64,000 nt of DNA, from assembly GCA_965655095.1 (NCBI GenBank), contig OZ296648.1:12834001-12898000 (forward strand), written 5' to 3'. The position numbers and the translations under genes are program-made. Shown one piece after another: positions 1-11,504 of the stretch; the stretch's first letter is position 1, and the number at the start of each line of letters is the position of its first letter. Source of the stretch: Haplodiscus bocki. Taxonomy: Eukaryota. A model generated the notes under the pieces. That model had not been told where the DNA came from. It saw nothing but the letters and a program-made list of their open reading frames with translations, and made no database searches.

Positions 1-10
1 AGAAAGAACG

Positions 11-1570
11 ATGGATATTATTAGAAGATTCGATATTAAAAATGGAGTAGAACTAACAGAAGTTTATTTAAAAAGTGATGTTTTATTACTTACATGTGTC
101 TTTGAGAAATTTATTAAAATATCTGTTGAAGAATATAAAATCAATCCTCTTTATTTTGTAAGTCTACCTGGTTATACTTGGCAGTGTGGATTAAAATATA
201 CAGGAATAAACTTACAAACACTTCAAGATAAAGATATGATTTTGTTATTAGAGAATAATATCAGAGGAGGCATCTCATCTGTTATGGGGGATAGATATGT
301 CAAATCAGATCATAATAAAAAGATAATATATATAGATGCTAATAATTTGTATGGTCATTCTATGAGTGAGCCTTTACCTTACGATGAAATTAGATTTGAT
401 AATGATGTTAAGTTAGAAGATATATTAAATACTCCTGATGATTCAGATATAGGATATTTCATTGAAGTTGATTTAAAATATCCAGATAATATAAAACAGA
501 AAACAAAAAATCTTCCATTTGCTCCTGTGATTAAAAAAGTTAATCCTGATAATTTTAGTGATTATATGAAAGAAATTAAACCTGATACATATATTCAAAC
601 TAGTAAATTGATATGTGATTGGTCTAATAAGAAGAATTATTTGGTACATTATAGGATGTTGAAATTTTATATTAGACATGGTATGATAGTTGATAAAGAT
701 CATACTGTTATATCATTTAAACAGAGTGGATGGTTAGAGAAATATATTAGTTTTAATACACAAAAACGTAATAAAGCTGTAAATGATTTTGAAAAAGACT
801 TCTACAAATTACTAAATAACGCTTTTTATGGTAAAACAATGGAAAATGTTAGAAATCGTTTGAAAATAAAATTTATTAAAAAAGATGATCAAAGAGAAAT
901 AATAAAACAACAATCTAAATTGACTTTTAATGGAATTCATAAATCTTACGAAAATTGTGATAGTTATACATTCAAGCAAAATGAAGTTCTTATGGATAAG
1001 CCGATATACTTAGGATTTTCCGTATTAGAACTATCAAAATTACTTATGTATGAGACATATTATGATATATTACAACCATATTTTGGACAAGATAATATAA
1101 AATTACATTACATGGACTGTGACAGTTTTGTATTGAGTATTGAAACACAAAATATAAATAAAGACTTGAAAAATCTTGAAGATATATTTGATTTCAGTAA
1201 CTTAGATAAAAATCATGAACTTTTCAGTAATAAAAATAAAAAAGTTGTTGGTAAATTTAAAATAGAAACTCCCGAAAATATATGGATTGATGAGTTCGTT
1301 GCCTTAAGAAGTAAATGTTATGCATTTAAGTGTGGTAATGATAGTAAAAATAAATTGAAAGGTATATCTAAAAGTCAATCAAAAAATATTAAATTTGAGG
1401 AATATAAAATCTGTTTAGATGGAGAAGAATTAGAAAATGAATGTGTAAATTATATTTTAAAATCAATTAATCATGATATGTATATGCAAGGAATTAAAAA
1501 GACGACTTTGAATATTTTCGATGATAAGAGATGTTATATAAATAATATTGAAAGCAACCCATGGAATTAG
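11..1570 (+). CDS. Protein-primed family B DNA polymerase (pPolB), C-terminal part; frame is open to the window edge so the 5' part lies upstream
   Basis: 519 aa with no stops. ExoIII YLKSD, region NIRGG, motif A YIDANNLYG, motif B KLLNNAFYGK, motif C YMDCDS, GKFKIE and KCY/KLKG, ending in FDDKR, as is typical of Polinton/adintovirus pPolB. Confidence 0.93.
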   Translation: MDIIRRFDIKNGVELTEVYLKSDVLLLTCVFEKFIKISVEEYKINPLYFVSLPGYTWQCGLKYTGINLQTLQDKDMILLLENNIRGGISSVMGDRYVKSDHNKKIIYIDANNLYGHSMSEPLPYDEIRFDNDVKLEDILNTPDDSDIGYFIEVDLKYPDNIKQKTKNLPFAPVIKKVNPDNFSDYMKEIKPDTYIQTSKLICDWSNKKNYLVHYRMLKFYIRHGMIVDKDHTVISFKQSGWLEKYISFNTQKRNKAVNDFEKDFYKLLNNAFYGKTMENVRNRLKIKFIKKDDQREIIKQQSKLTFNGIHKSYENCDSYTFKQNEVLMDKPIYLGFSVLELSKLLMYETYYDILQPYFGQDNIKLHYMDCDSFVLSIETQNINKDLKNLEDIFDFSNLDKNHELFSNKNKKVVGKFKIETPENIWIDEFVALRSKCYAFKCGNDSKNKLKGISKSQSKNIKFEEYKICLDGEELENECVNYILKSINHDMYMQGIKKTTLNIFDDKRCYINNIESNPWN

Positions 1571-1619
1571 TGTTGTTAAATGATTGTAAAAGTAAAAGAA
1601 TCTGTTTTCCTATATATAA

Positions 1620-2009
1620 ATGAAGCTTATAACATTAAACAAATGCTTAAGCGGATTGGATACTATTATAAATCATGATTATAAGGAAGAGAATAATAAT
1701 ATTAGACCAATTTTAAATAATGTTAGAAAATATATTATAGAATTTGTAGAAGAACATGATAAAAAATATGATAAACGATCGTTTATAGTTTTATTACAAT
1801 TTATAAATTATTTAATACAAGAATCCTTTGTACCAACATTTAGATTTCTTCATCAGATTTTAGGATTAAGATTTCTAATTATAAAATTTGAAGAAAATAA
1901 TCTGCAAATTAATGATGATTATATTGATTTTGATGAAGAAAATGGTTCCTTTTTAAATAAATACTTAAAATCTGAACTTTGTGATGAATATGCAGATGGT
2001 GATGAATAA
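1620..2009 (+). CDS. Hypothetical 129-aa Polinton protein with acidic C-terminus
   Basis: Intact ORF in very AT-rich DNA, co-oriented 49 bp after polB, with its ATG in a TATATATAAATG context. No recognisable domain. Confidence 0.65.
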   Translation: MKLITLNKCLSGLDTIINHDYKEENNNIRPILNNVRKYIIEFVEEHDKKYDKRSFIVLLQFINYLIQESFVPTFRFLHQILGLRFLIIKFEENNLQINDDYIDFDEENGSFLNKYLKSELCDEYADGDE

Positions 2010-2056
2010 TTTCAATTTTATTTCTAATTCAACATAATTGTATACTTTCACGACGT

Positions 2057-2374
2057 AGTAGTATATAAAAAAGCATTTGACATCAGTCGCAAAGGATCTC
2101 ATCCTCGTCCGACACCATCCCCTTCCCCAAAATCACAAAAATACAAATCCTAGGGTGTAAATATTTTTTATTGTATACATTCAATTATTTGAATATTATT
2201 ATTTATATTTGTTCTTTTATTTGAGTAGTTTTATTTTTTTTATTCTTTTAATTATTAGTTATTATATAATTATACACCCTAGGATTTGTATTTTTGTGAT
2301 TTTGGGGAAGGGGATGGTGTCGGACGAGGATGCGTCGTGCGCGCCTGGTGTCAAATGCTTTTTTATATACTACT
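2057..2374. repeat. Terminal foldback: ~102-bp inverted arms (2057-2159 and 2273-2374) around an AT-rich spacer, each arm ending in the Polinton terminal motif
   Basis: The left arm AGTAGTATATAAAAAAGCATTTGACA...CCTAGGGTGTA matches the reverse complement of the right arm, except for one 17-18 nt divergent block. Confidence 0.95.
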
Positions 2375-2534
2375 GGTAACGGCGTTCAACCGGAACGCTA
2401 ACGGCGTTAACGGCGTTCCCTTGTCGGTATAAAGGCGTTAACGGCGTTTTGCTAGTAAGTTGGTGGCGTTAGCGGCGTTTACGCCACTATACCGGAAAAA
2501 TAGCGGCGTTTTCCCAAAAAAGTTCGACCCGGGT
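2375..2534. repeat. Cluster of (A)ACGGCGTT-type motifs; probable MITE/DNA-transposon subterminal region truncated by the Polinton insertion
   Basis: About eight GGCGTT-core copies in 160 bp directly after ACTACT. Confidence 0.5.
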
Positions 2535-5500
2535 TGTGTTTGCTTCTTTCGCCGAATACATACTAGTCAGTTTATCATCACTGTTGATTCGACCTCGTTG
2601 CTCCTCTAGTTTTTCTAATCAACGAATTCAAAAATTGAAACAAAAGATCAACGTTTTCAAAGCAGTGTCTAGCTTTGATGAACATGGATATCATTTGTTT
2701 CCAAAGTGCATAGATAGTTTTTCACAGTCAGTTGAGACCTCAGCTGAGCATAACTGGAAAAATTAATCTGGAGTACCAAAAGTACTGAGTAAAGGCAGAA
2801 ATCAATTTTGAAAAATCATTCTGAATTCAGGGAAAGTAAGACGATATTGATCGGAATAGCAAAACCTCATCCAATAATCTCCACAAAACAGTTTGTCACT
2901 TACAATATTATACCTGGAGGTAATTTGCATGATGCGTTCTCGTAGAAAAAGCCAAATTGGTTCATTTCAACACTACATGAAGCATAAATCAGCGGCAATT
3001 ACTCCAAAATTGTAAAAACAAAAAAAGCACAAAAGACACAACCCCGAAAACTTGTTTTGAAAAAGAAACATACAAAATTACAAAATTGAGAATCCGACAA
3101 CTCCCATTAAACTTTTTTGCTATTTCCAATCACTGTCTTTCCTGTTGAGAGTTGGTCGTAATGATAGAGAGACCCTGCTCCATAGATTACTTTGAGAGTC
3201 AATTTAATTCTGAGATTATCAATATGTGTTAGCAGCCGCCACTCATGGCCGCTCCTTTACCAGATTGTGGACTCTACTGGGGACTCTAATTATTCCACAG
3301 ATCTATTTGAGCTTGGTGTTAGTGACTGCAATTCATCAGAACCTAACACATTTATTGAGAAGACACGTTCGTAAGCGGTCAAGTCGAACTTTTTTGACGT
3401 CCGCTACACAATCCCTTAAGAATGGAAGAACAGATGAATGTTATTTTTCAAGAAGACGGTTGCGTACGTTCAATCTTGGTCTCCGTTAATGTTGTACACT
3501 AAGCATTGCAGTTAATTCCTTACAGTTACTTGGTGCCCCACAACGGAGGCTTGAACTTTCAAATTTGCACTGTTTTTCTGGAAAGATATTCTTTGAGAAA
3601 AACCTGATTGACGTTGTGTTTTATCAAAAAATATTACTGACATTACAGTTTTGATTTGTTTTTGAGACTTTGCTGAACAACCAGTTTAGTTAATTTTGAA
3701 AAGTTTCCTCCTTATGTTGTAGCGTTTCACTCATTTAATACTTTGTTTGACTACGTTATATCGATTTACACTTCTATTAACCGCATCTTGACCTTACTTG
3801 TCAACCTCCTCTCGATTAACTTCCCTGGCACATGGCAATTCACACCTGAAATCATTTTTACCAATTGCTGGCTGCTTCTGCCGACGCGAATTTTGGTTTG
3901 CTTGCTTGCTTGCTTACACCTTTTCTATCTTTATCAGAAAGACTGTGATTGGATACGGATACACTAGAAAAGAAAAAAAAGGTTTATTAAGTTGGCTGAG
4001 TTTGGTGGACTCCTTTTTCGGGGAAAAACCTTGGGGCTGGAACGTTTTGACCCTCTCCTTGGGGGCACGCCACAACTAAGAAACACTGGTTTTGGAAATT
4101 CACACTGAGTACAAGTATTTTTCTAACTTCACACTTAGATTTTATTACTAAGTAGATAATAGGTATTCGGCCATGAAAGACCATGATAAAACGGACTGTT
4201 TTTGTGAGAGAAAAATTATGCTGGGATCATTCAGTAAATTTTGTCGGAAAAGGTTGAGAGTACGTAATCAAAACAACCTATTGTCGTAATAATAAATTTA
4301 ATTCAAATCCCCGCCTGAAAAGAGTTTAAAAGAGCGATTTTGTACCACTTGCCGGTTACCTGGTCAAAGTTGGGTAGGATTCATTGAATGCAATAGCTGC
4401 TGGCGTGTAGAAACTGTAAAAAAAACTAAAATGACAGTAATTGAATAATTTTTTACATCTGCAACTCCATACCCCTTGAGGAAAATGGCGAATGTTATTG
4501 ATATCCAATTGAGAATAGTTGAAAACATTGAAGTCGTTGAATAGGACACGCAAACTTTGGCCGAACACCAGCAAAACGATGTTGTTGTGTTCGTATAGTT
4601 AGTCCTTCTGTGTTCGTCTTGAGATACTCCTCGATTGAACCTCGGTTGAATTAGTTTTGAAAATTTTTTGCAAAATATTTTGAAAGTAGAAATTACAGTA
4701 ACCTTCCTGTTGCCGTTTTCTGCTTCATTTTTTGCGCGTTGGCCCTGTCTCTTTTCTTGATACTTTCCTGCGCTGACAACCTGGCATATAATCCTGCGCC
4801 GAATTCCGAGTCGACCTTCCAAGAACTTGCAATGTCATTCCGATCTGACATGCTCAAAAACTGGATAATTAATATTCTACTCATCTTGGTGACAAATATG
4901 AGTTTGTGTCGGAAACTGAAGCCAACCCTGGCAACGCTTTGCAAACAGCTAGGGTCGAGAGATGAATATGTTGTCTCTCTGGGGAATCAAAAAATTTATC
5001 AGAGAAAATTTCAGAGAGCGATAGTTTGTATGTTGTCTCATCTAATAACCTACAGAACTCGTTCAAGAGTAAATTGAAGCTGTTTTGCCATATGACATGA
5101 ACTGAAAATTTTCTACAGCCGAAGATAACGTTATGAAAATCAATATTTCATCAATCAAATTACTGACTTGGTGAGCATAATCGGTCTCCAAATCGACGCT
5201 TGTAAGGAATCTTTGTAAGCGAAATAAATTCTATTTTTTTGCAGTCATACCTGACAAGTAAACCTTGACCAAGCTTTCTACATAACGCTTCTGCGAGAAA
5301 ACCTTTCCAAGGACTCTCATGCTTCGTGACCCAGACTGAAAAAATCTATCTCTCCAAAAAGAAAAAATACCTTATTGAAGGACCCGAAGAGACTGTGGTA
5401 AAGATTGACGGCGCAGGCAACCTTATTTATTTCTTTTCCTATTACAGGACAAAGCTTATCGCTAACCAGTCAAAAGAAAAAGTGACCTGAGCCAACAAAA

Positions 5501-6101
5501 ATTCAGAGCACCTCTTGTTTTGAAAGGATAGTTTCGTATAGCACATGATTCAACCATTTTGAGAACTTTTACTTATCGGGATGGTTTTGTTGACCTGAAA
5601 AACCTGATTGACACTGGGTCTGCGCCTTAGATTATGTGAAGTTCAGAATGAGAGAAATTTGTATGAACCGAAATGCAACTAAAAAACAACTTTGCGCCCT
5701 AGTTAGTATAGGGGAAAATTATTGTCGCGTATGCTCCCTCCAATTCACTACGTTTTGATACTGCTTGACTTCAATTGGAGAGATCTCTGATTGTTGTATA
5801 CGATTTGCTTGAAGATTTTATGATCCGACGACTTTTGGTTGGCTTGAAGCTCTTCGCTGCTCTTTGAAAACAGCATCTAAAGGGACTTCGGCTCAGATGG
5901 CTTGATCAGTAGTTCTTTCAAAAAATGTCTTTTTTTCATTCTCGAAACTGACATGCCTCATTGTAATTCTCTTTCTTCAAGATCTGATTTTCTCGAAAGC
6001 GATCCGTTGCAGCACAACCATGCAGTACTCATTAGAAAATTTGCGATGAGAAGAACTTGTGGTTGGAAACTTTGGGAATAGAATCTCTGCAAACTGTCGT
6101 C

Positions 6102-6290
6102 ACCCCTAGTTGAGAAAAAACGCAACTCATACAAAATTATTGCAAAAAAGTTTGCAAGATTTTGCAAAAGAATGCATTATGATTGACAAACTCTTGCAAG
6201 ATCTTGCCAGATTTGTTTGAATCTTGTAAGTATCTTGCAAAAAACACACCACTCTCGCAAAAATATTTTGCGAAAGTTGTATTCAGTTTG
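6102..6290. repeat. TTGCAA(GA)-rich short element, probable MITE
   Basis: Many TTGCAA/TTGCAAGA copies in <200 bp inside the LINE relic. Confidence 0.4.
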
Positions 6291-6596
6291 AACGAATTGT
6301 CACAATGTTTTTGTTATCGCACTGAACGTATCAGATACTTTTCTAAGTTTCGTGTTTTCCTCTACAGAAATGTAGAAAGTATCTAACATTCGATTCAAAA
6401 CCAACAGTTTCGCGTCGGTTCAAAAGCGACAAGAATGACCTTATCCAAAAGGACGAGAGGAAGTATCTTCGGAGAAGAACTGTTTCACTTTGCAACTCTC
6501 TTCCGACAAATTAAGCCATTACAAAACATATAATTCCAGAAAATTCCTTATCCATGATTGTCATGCCGGCATGAGAGAAGAACTGAGTTATCTACA

Positions 6597-8410
6597 TTTC
6601 CCTAAAACTACGTCTATGTGCTATATGTATGAAATCAACTATAGTGATTAAGATCCTATCGCATATTCTGTAGCCAAACAACTCATAAAGGTGTAAATGC
6701 CACTATGTCTGATTACTTCCCTCTCCCTCCAAAACGAAAGCAACTATTTAGTACATTAAACGAAAGGTAGTATGTAAAATCAAGTATCGCTAAGCATTTT
6801 ACAAATTAGCAGCTACGTAACATCTAAACCAAAAGTGCAGAAATTACATGATAACACAGGCAACACAGACCTGACGGAATCTAAATTCTGAATGAAACTC
6901 AAAGGTGAAATTACAAAATAAGAGCCTCGAACACTCCGGTAAGTTTCGGCGGGAAACCTGAATTAATTACATGTGCCCTCTGTAATGCAGCAAATTTATT
7001 AAACAGACTTTTATTGAGCTAAATCTACTCCACATGGGAAAACGTAAGTCACGAAGTCTTCACTCAGAAATCCATTTTGCAGTAGACAAACACAAAACTT
7101 CTCAATCAAAAAGAAATAACTAGAGCTCTAAGAATAGAATAAACACGAGCAGAATGGGTCTGGGAGAGAAAAAGGATTTACATCGTCTTCCATCCGTCCA
7201 ATATAGAAAATGGTAGACATTGACTCAAAACCCAGTCCGCCGACAGAAGCCTATAAATACAAGGTACATGAGTATACACTAGATAGAACATATCGGTTTC
7301 GGTCGGAGGAGCAGCCTGCACCAGACCTCAGACGTTTCTGGATGTCTCGGACTTCACATTCGACCATAATTACCCTACAACGTGAAGTATAGTTGGATAC
7401 ATGTAATCAGACAGTTTCCGTTGTCTGAAAACCAAAACTGATGTATCAGCCCTGAGACACTTTCCCACGACCCAGATGGACACTAGCCACATAAGTAGTA
7501 GACTAGCAACGAACTAGTTGATAGATTAGAAGAATAGACATTTTCCGATGTCTGATAAAAATTAGCCACCTTGCAGACTCAACGCACGGACATTTTTCAA
7601 CTTAAATCGGAAAATGCCCCAAACATCGATCCACGAATATTGTAACCCAAACACCATTCAGATATATCTTATTTAGCCTTTATTTCGATAACTCACAACG
7701 TATTGATGCCATTTTTATTTTAATTTGTGCTAAAATTTGCAAAAAATTCGTGCATTTGTCGCTCTAGCGGCAAATAGGCGCGTCAGTTACAGTTTATATT
7801 TTTTAGCACGTAGGCCAACGAGCCAATAACAGTTCACCGATGGTAAGAATTGCGTCTTGCCATCGATCAAGTGACAACATAAATCCAACCACAGATTACG
7901 AAGGGCAAACCACAGTGATGTCATTAACAAGGGAAACCACGTTGTTACCAGAGGAACTAGAAAACCCACGTACTGTACAGAAGTAACTCAAAAAATCTGG
8001 AGATAACAAGCCCTTCCAATAAGAGCGCGTGCTAACTTGAGTAGATTTGCACGCGAGATACTTTGAACAGAATTTCCGGGTTTTTGATCCTCAATTCAAC
8101 TAATACATCGCTTTCCATCTGTGTTCCAGTTTCCCTTTTGTAAACTTGAACGCACCATCAGTTTTTACTAAAGTAACGTGGCTGAAATCCAAATTTTTTT
8201 CTTTGCCAGTTTAAGGAGTTTTGCGTACACGTCTAAGAAATTGAGAAGAGAAAACATATACGATTCTAACGCACGCTAAGGAACGTCCACCCACGGAGAT
8301 TGAAGGAAGGAGCAGCTACACATACGAAGGAGCAGAATGACGAGGGCAGCGCACGAGTCTCCATCAAGAAGATTACGGCGAACATAGAACCGTTGCACGC
8401 CCAAATGTAA
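6597..8410 (+). mobile_element. Truncated solo LTR of the same family as the LTR at 9370-11493
   Basis: Colinear similarity from CTAAAACTAC (6602 vs 9375) to GAACCGTTGCACGCCCAAAT (~8388 vs ~11298). It lacks the last ~180 bp and the PBS. Confidence 0.8.
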
Positions 8411-9369
8411 AGCTGTGCAATGAAATGTTGAGTATGTCATTTTCGAGAAGAAATTATCACATATTAGCTTACCGCGCAAGCTCAAGGTGGAACTAGTCAG
8501 GAACTAAAAAAGTTCGTAGTCTTTTCCTCATTTCTATCAGTTCGTTCCTCGTTTCAGCTAATCCGTTCTGGAACGGTTCCATGCTCACTTGTAGCGCGGC
8601 TAATAGCAGTGCTGCTGTAGGTGTTAAAAAGGGTGAATAAAGCTGCTCCGTAATCGGACATTTTGGTACAGCGTAGTAGCATAGAGAGTAAAGTAAACTT
8701 TGTTTTGATGTCACCAGATTCGCAGAAACGGAACACATGCTGATCAATTTTTCACTCTTACAGTCAATTTCGCTTAGCTATCGTTGCTATTGATAGTTTT
8801 TTTAACGGCGTTACTCTAAATGAATTACTGCACATAGCTCCAGTTCAATTTAAAAAAGTGGGTTCGTTTTACACGAATACACGAACAAATATGAATGCAG
8901 CAATGTAAATTGTAATGAGCTGCCAGGGAAGACCTTTTTTTCAGTAAAAGTTCCTTCCGAACCCCGATCAGTTCGCTAGATTGATCGGTTTCTGATACGG
9001 ATCACCTTGCATGCAATTCAACAACAAATGGAAATAGTTGATTTTTTTTCCAAAGATACGTGTAAAATTTCAGTTTTTTAAGTCAAGGGAAGTTTTTTTT
9101 TGCAGGCAGTGTTTGTGCGCAGGTTTCGCAAATTAGTTGCGCGAGAATCCAAATGTCACCAAAATTCTGAAAACATGTGCAATTTCCATTACTAGCTTTT
9201 AAGAGTTAATTTCTTAAAAGTGTGTCCCAACTATGAACTGTTTTTAATGATTTAATGTTAACGGTGAAACTGACAATATCAACAAAACCAATGAAAAAAA
9301 TTTTGAGATGGATATAATATAGTTTATTCTGTTATTTCAACGCTGTGAAACGATTCACAACAGACACAT

Positions 9370-11493
9370 TGTTTCTAAAACTACTTCACAGTGCTATATG
9401 TATGAAGCCAACTAAAGTGATTAAGATCCTAACGCAACTTCTGTAGCCAAACAACTCATAAAATTATAGATGCCACTATGTCTGATTACTTCCCTCTACC
9501 TCCGATATGAAAGCGACTATTTAGTACATTAAACGATATGTAGTATGTAAATCCAAATATCGCTGAACATTTTACAGTTTAGCAGTTACGTAACATCAAA
9601 ACTAAAAGTGCAGAAATTACCTGTTGACACAAGCAGCACAGACCTGACTGGCTCTAAATTCTGAAAGAAGCTCAAAGATGAAAATACCAAATAAAAGCCT
9701 CAAAGACACCGGTAAATTTCGGCCGGAAACCTGCAAATATAACATGTGACATCTGTAATGCAGTAAATTCGTTCAACAGACTTTTTTGAGCTGAATCTAC
9801 GTCACATGGGAAAACATCCGTCATAAGGTTTTCATTCCAAAATCTACTCTGCAATTAGCAAAAACAATGCTTCACAATCAGAGACAAGTAGCAAAAGCTG
9901 TAACTGTAGGAAAACACAAGCAGAATGGATTTAGGAGATAATAATGATTTACAACGTTTCCCATCTTTCCAACATGGGAAATGAAGGATGTTGACTCAGC
10001 AGTCAGTCTGTTGACAGAAACCGATATAGAGAACACAGAAGAGCAACATTAGCATACACTAGACAAAACACAACGTTTCCCATCTTTCCAACTTGGGAAA
10101 TGAAGGATGTTGACTCAGCAGTCAGTCTGTTGACAGAAACCGATATAGAGAACACAGAAGAGCAACATTAGCATACACTAGACAAAACACAACGTTTTCC
10201 GTCAGAGGAGTAGCCTGCGCCGGGCTTTAGTCGTCTGCCGATGTCCGAGAGTTCATACTTGAACCATATTTACTCTACAACGTGAAGTACAGTTGAATAC
10301 ATGTAATCAGACAGTTTCCGTTCTCTGAAAAACAAAACTGATGTATCAGACCTGAGACAAATTCCCACGACCCAGATGGACAGTAACAACATACTTACTA
10401 CACTAGCAACGAACTAGCTGATACCTTAGAGGAATAGACATTTTCCGATGTCTGATATAAATCAACCGTCTTGCAGACTCAATGCACGGACATTTCTCAA
10501 CGTATATCGAAAAACGCCCCAAACATCGACCCAGGAATCTTGTAACCAAAACTCTATTCAAATATTTATTATTTAGCCATAATTTTGGGTTTTCACAACG
10601 TATTGATGTCATTTTTATTTTATTTTGTGCAAAAAATTTGCAAAAAATTCATGCTTTTGTCGCTATAGCGGCAGATAGGCGCGTCAGTCACTGTTTATGT
10701 TTTTAGCACGTAGGCCAAAAAGCCAATAACAGCTCACCGCTGGTAAGATTTGCGTCTTGCCATCGGTCAGGTGAGGTTGTAAATCCGCCCGCGAAGAACA
10801 AACCACAGTGATGTCGTTAACAACTTAGACCACGTTGTTACCGGAGGAACTAGAAAACTCAAGTACTGAACAGAAGTAACTATATAAATCTGGAAACAAC
10901 AAGTACTGCCAACGATAACTAGTGCCAACTTGAGTAGAATCTCGCGCAAAATATCATGACCAGAAATTCCGAACTTGTCGATCATCACTCAGCTAATACA
11001 TCGGTGTCCATCCGTGCTCAACTTTGATCTTTGTAAATTTGAATGAACCACCAACTTCACTGGAATAAATCGGCTCAAATCTTAAACTATCTCTTCGCCC
11101 GTTTCATGAGTTTGCCCTACACGTCGTCTAAAACATTGAGAGGTGGGAACACATACGATTTGAACGCACGCTTAGAAATGTTCGCCCACGGAGAAGACGC
11201 GATGGAAGGAGATGCTACAGATACGAATGAGCAAACTGATGAGGGTAGTGCAAGAGTCTCTACCGATATATTTGAGGAGCAAATTTAGGTGATTTTGGAA
11301 CCGTTGCACGCCCAAATTTCTGCCCTGACGGATTTGATTGATCGTTTGATCCAAGATAACTCGGTCAGAGAATCTACGATGGCAAGTGCCCGTAAACGAC
11401 CACCACGACCCGAAGTGCTCTTTGTTGAAGCATCGGGAACCCCTAGATTCGCACTTGCAGTACCGTTGACAGCCGCGGGATACTCGGCCGACA
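9370..11493 (+). repeat. 5' LTR of G1 (~2.1 kb, TGT...ACA)
   Basis: Starts TGTTTC where similarity to the solo copy begins, and ends CCGACA immediately before the PBS. Confidence 0.65.
9951..10197 (+). repeat. 119-bp direct tandem duplication inside the LTR
   Basis: ACAACGTTTCCCATC...AGACAAAAC starts at 9951 and 10070 with one visible mismatch. Only one unit is present in the solo LTR. Confidence 0.95.
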
Positions 11494-11504
11494 TGGTGAC
11501 AGGA
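11494..11504 (+). promoter_or_regulatory. Primer-binding site TGGTGACAGGA of G1
   Basis: TGG start directly after the LTR-terminal CA. The identical 11-mer occurs at the equivalent position of element G2. Confidence 0.8.

Larger units (their letters stand above)
1..2374 (+). mobile_element. Right end of a young Polinton/Maverick (adintovirus-like) element, family A
   Basis: Intact protein-primed polB plus a small ORF, markedly more AT-rich than the flank. It ends in ...TATACTACT (2366-2374), the reverse complement of the Polinton 5'-AGTAGT terminus, and composition changes abruptly after 2374. Confidence 0.85.
2580..8750 (-). mobile_element. Highly decayed CR1/L2-like non-LTR retrotransposon (ORF1 with PHD-like Cys cluster, APE and RT remnants), interrupted by later insertions
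   Basis: Minus-strand hand translation across frameshifts gives CSVSANLVTSKQSLLYSLC (~8740, PHD-like), VFFLFGEIDF (~5370, GDFN-like), WYKIALL..GD...YY (~4340, WKxAxVxPxFKxGD-like), CGAP (~3540, SGVPQG-like) and LPLLSTFGTP (~2790). The order is colinear with a LINE. Boundaries approximate. Confidence 0.5.

Noticed and set aside
2057-2374. Independent MITE insertion
   Set aside because: No target-site duplication (CGACGT vs GGTAAC), and it coincides exactly with the end of the AT-rich Polinton. Kept as a terminal structure instead.
3965-4080. Short GC-richer insert with a minus-strand AATAAA, possible SINE or LINE tail
   Set aside because: Too short to assign; no A/B boxes or TSD identified.
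2580-5900. ZMYM1-like hAT transposase, suggested by QLDINNIR and GHEA fragments
   Set aside because: Colinear APE- and RT-like motifs fit a CR1/L2 LINE better; the hAT-like words are short and out of context.
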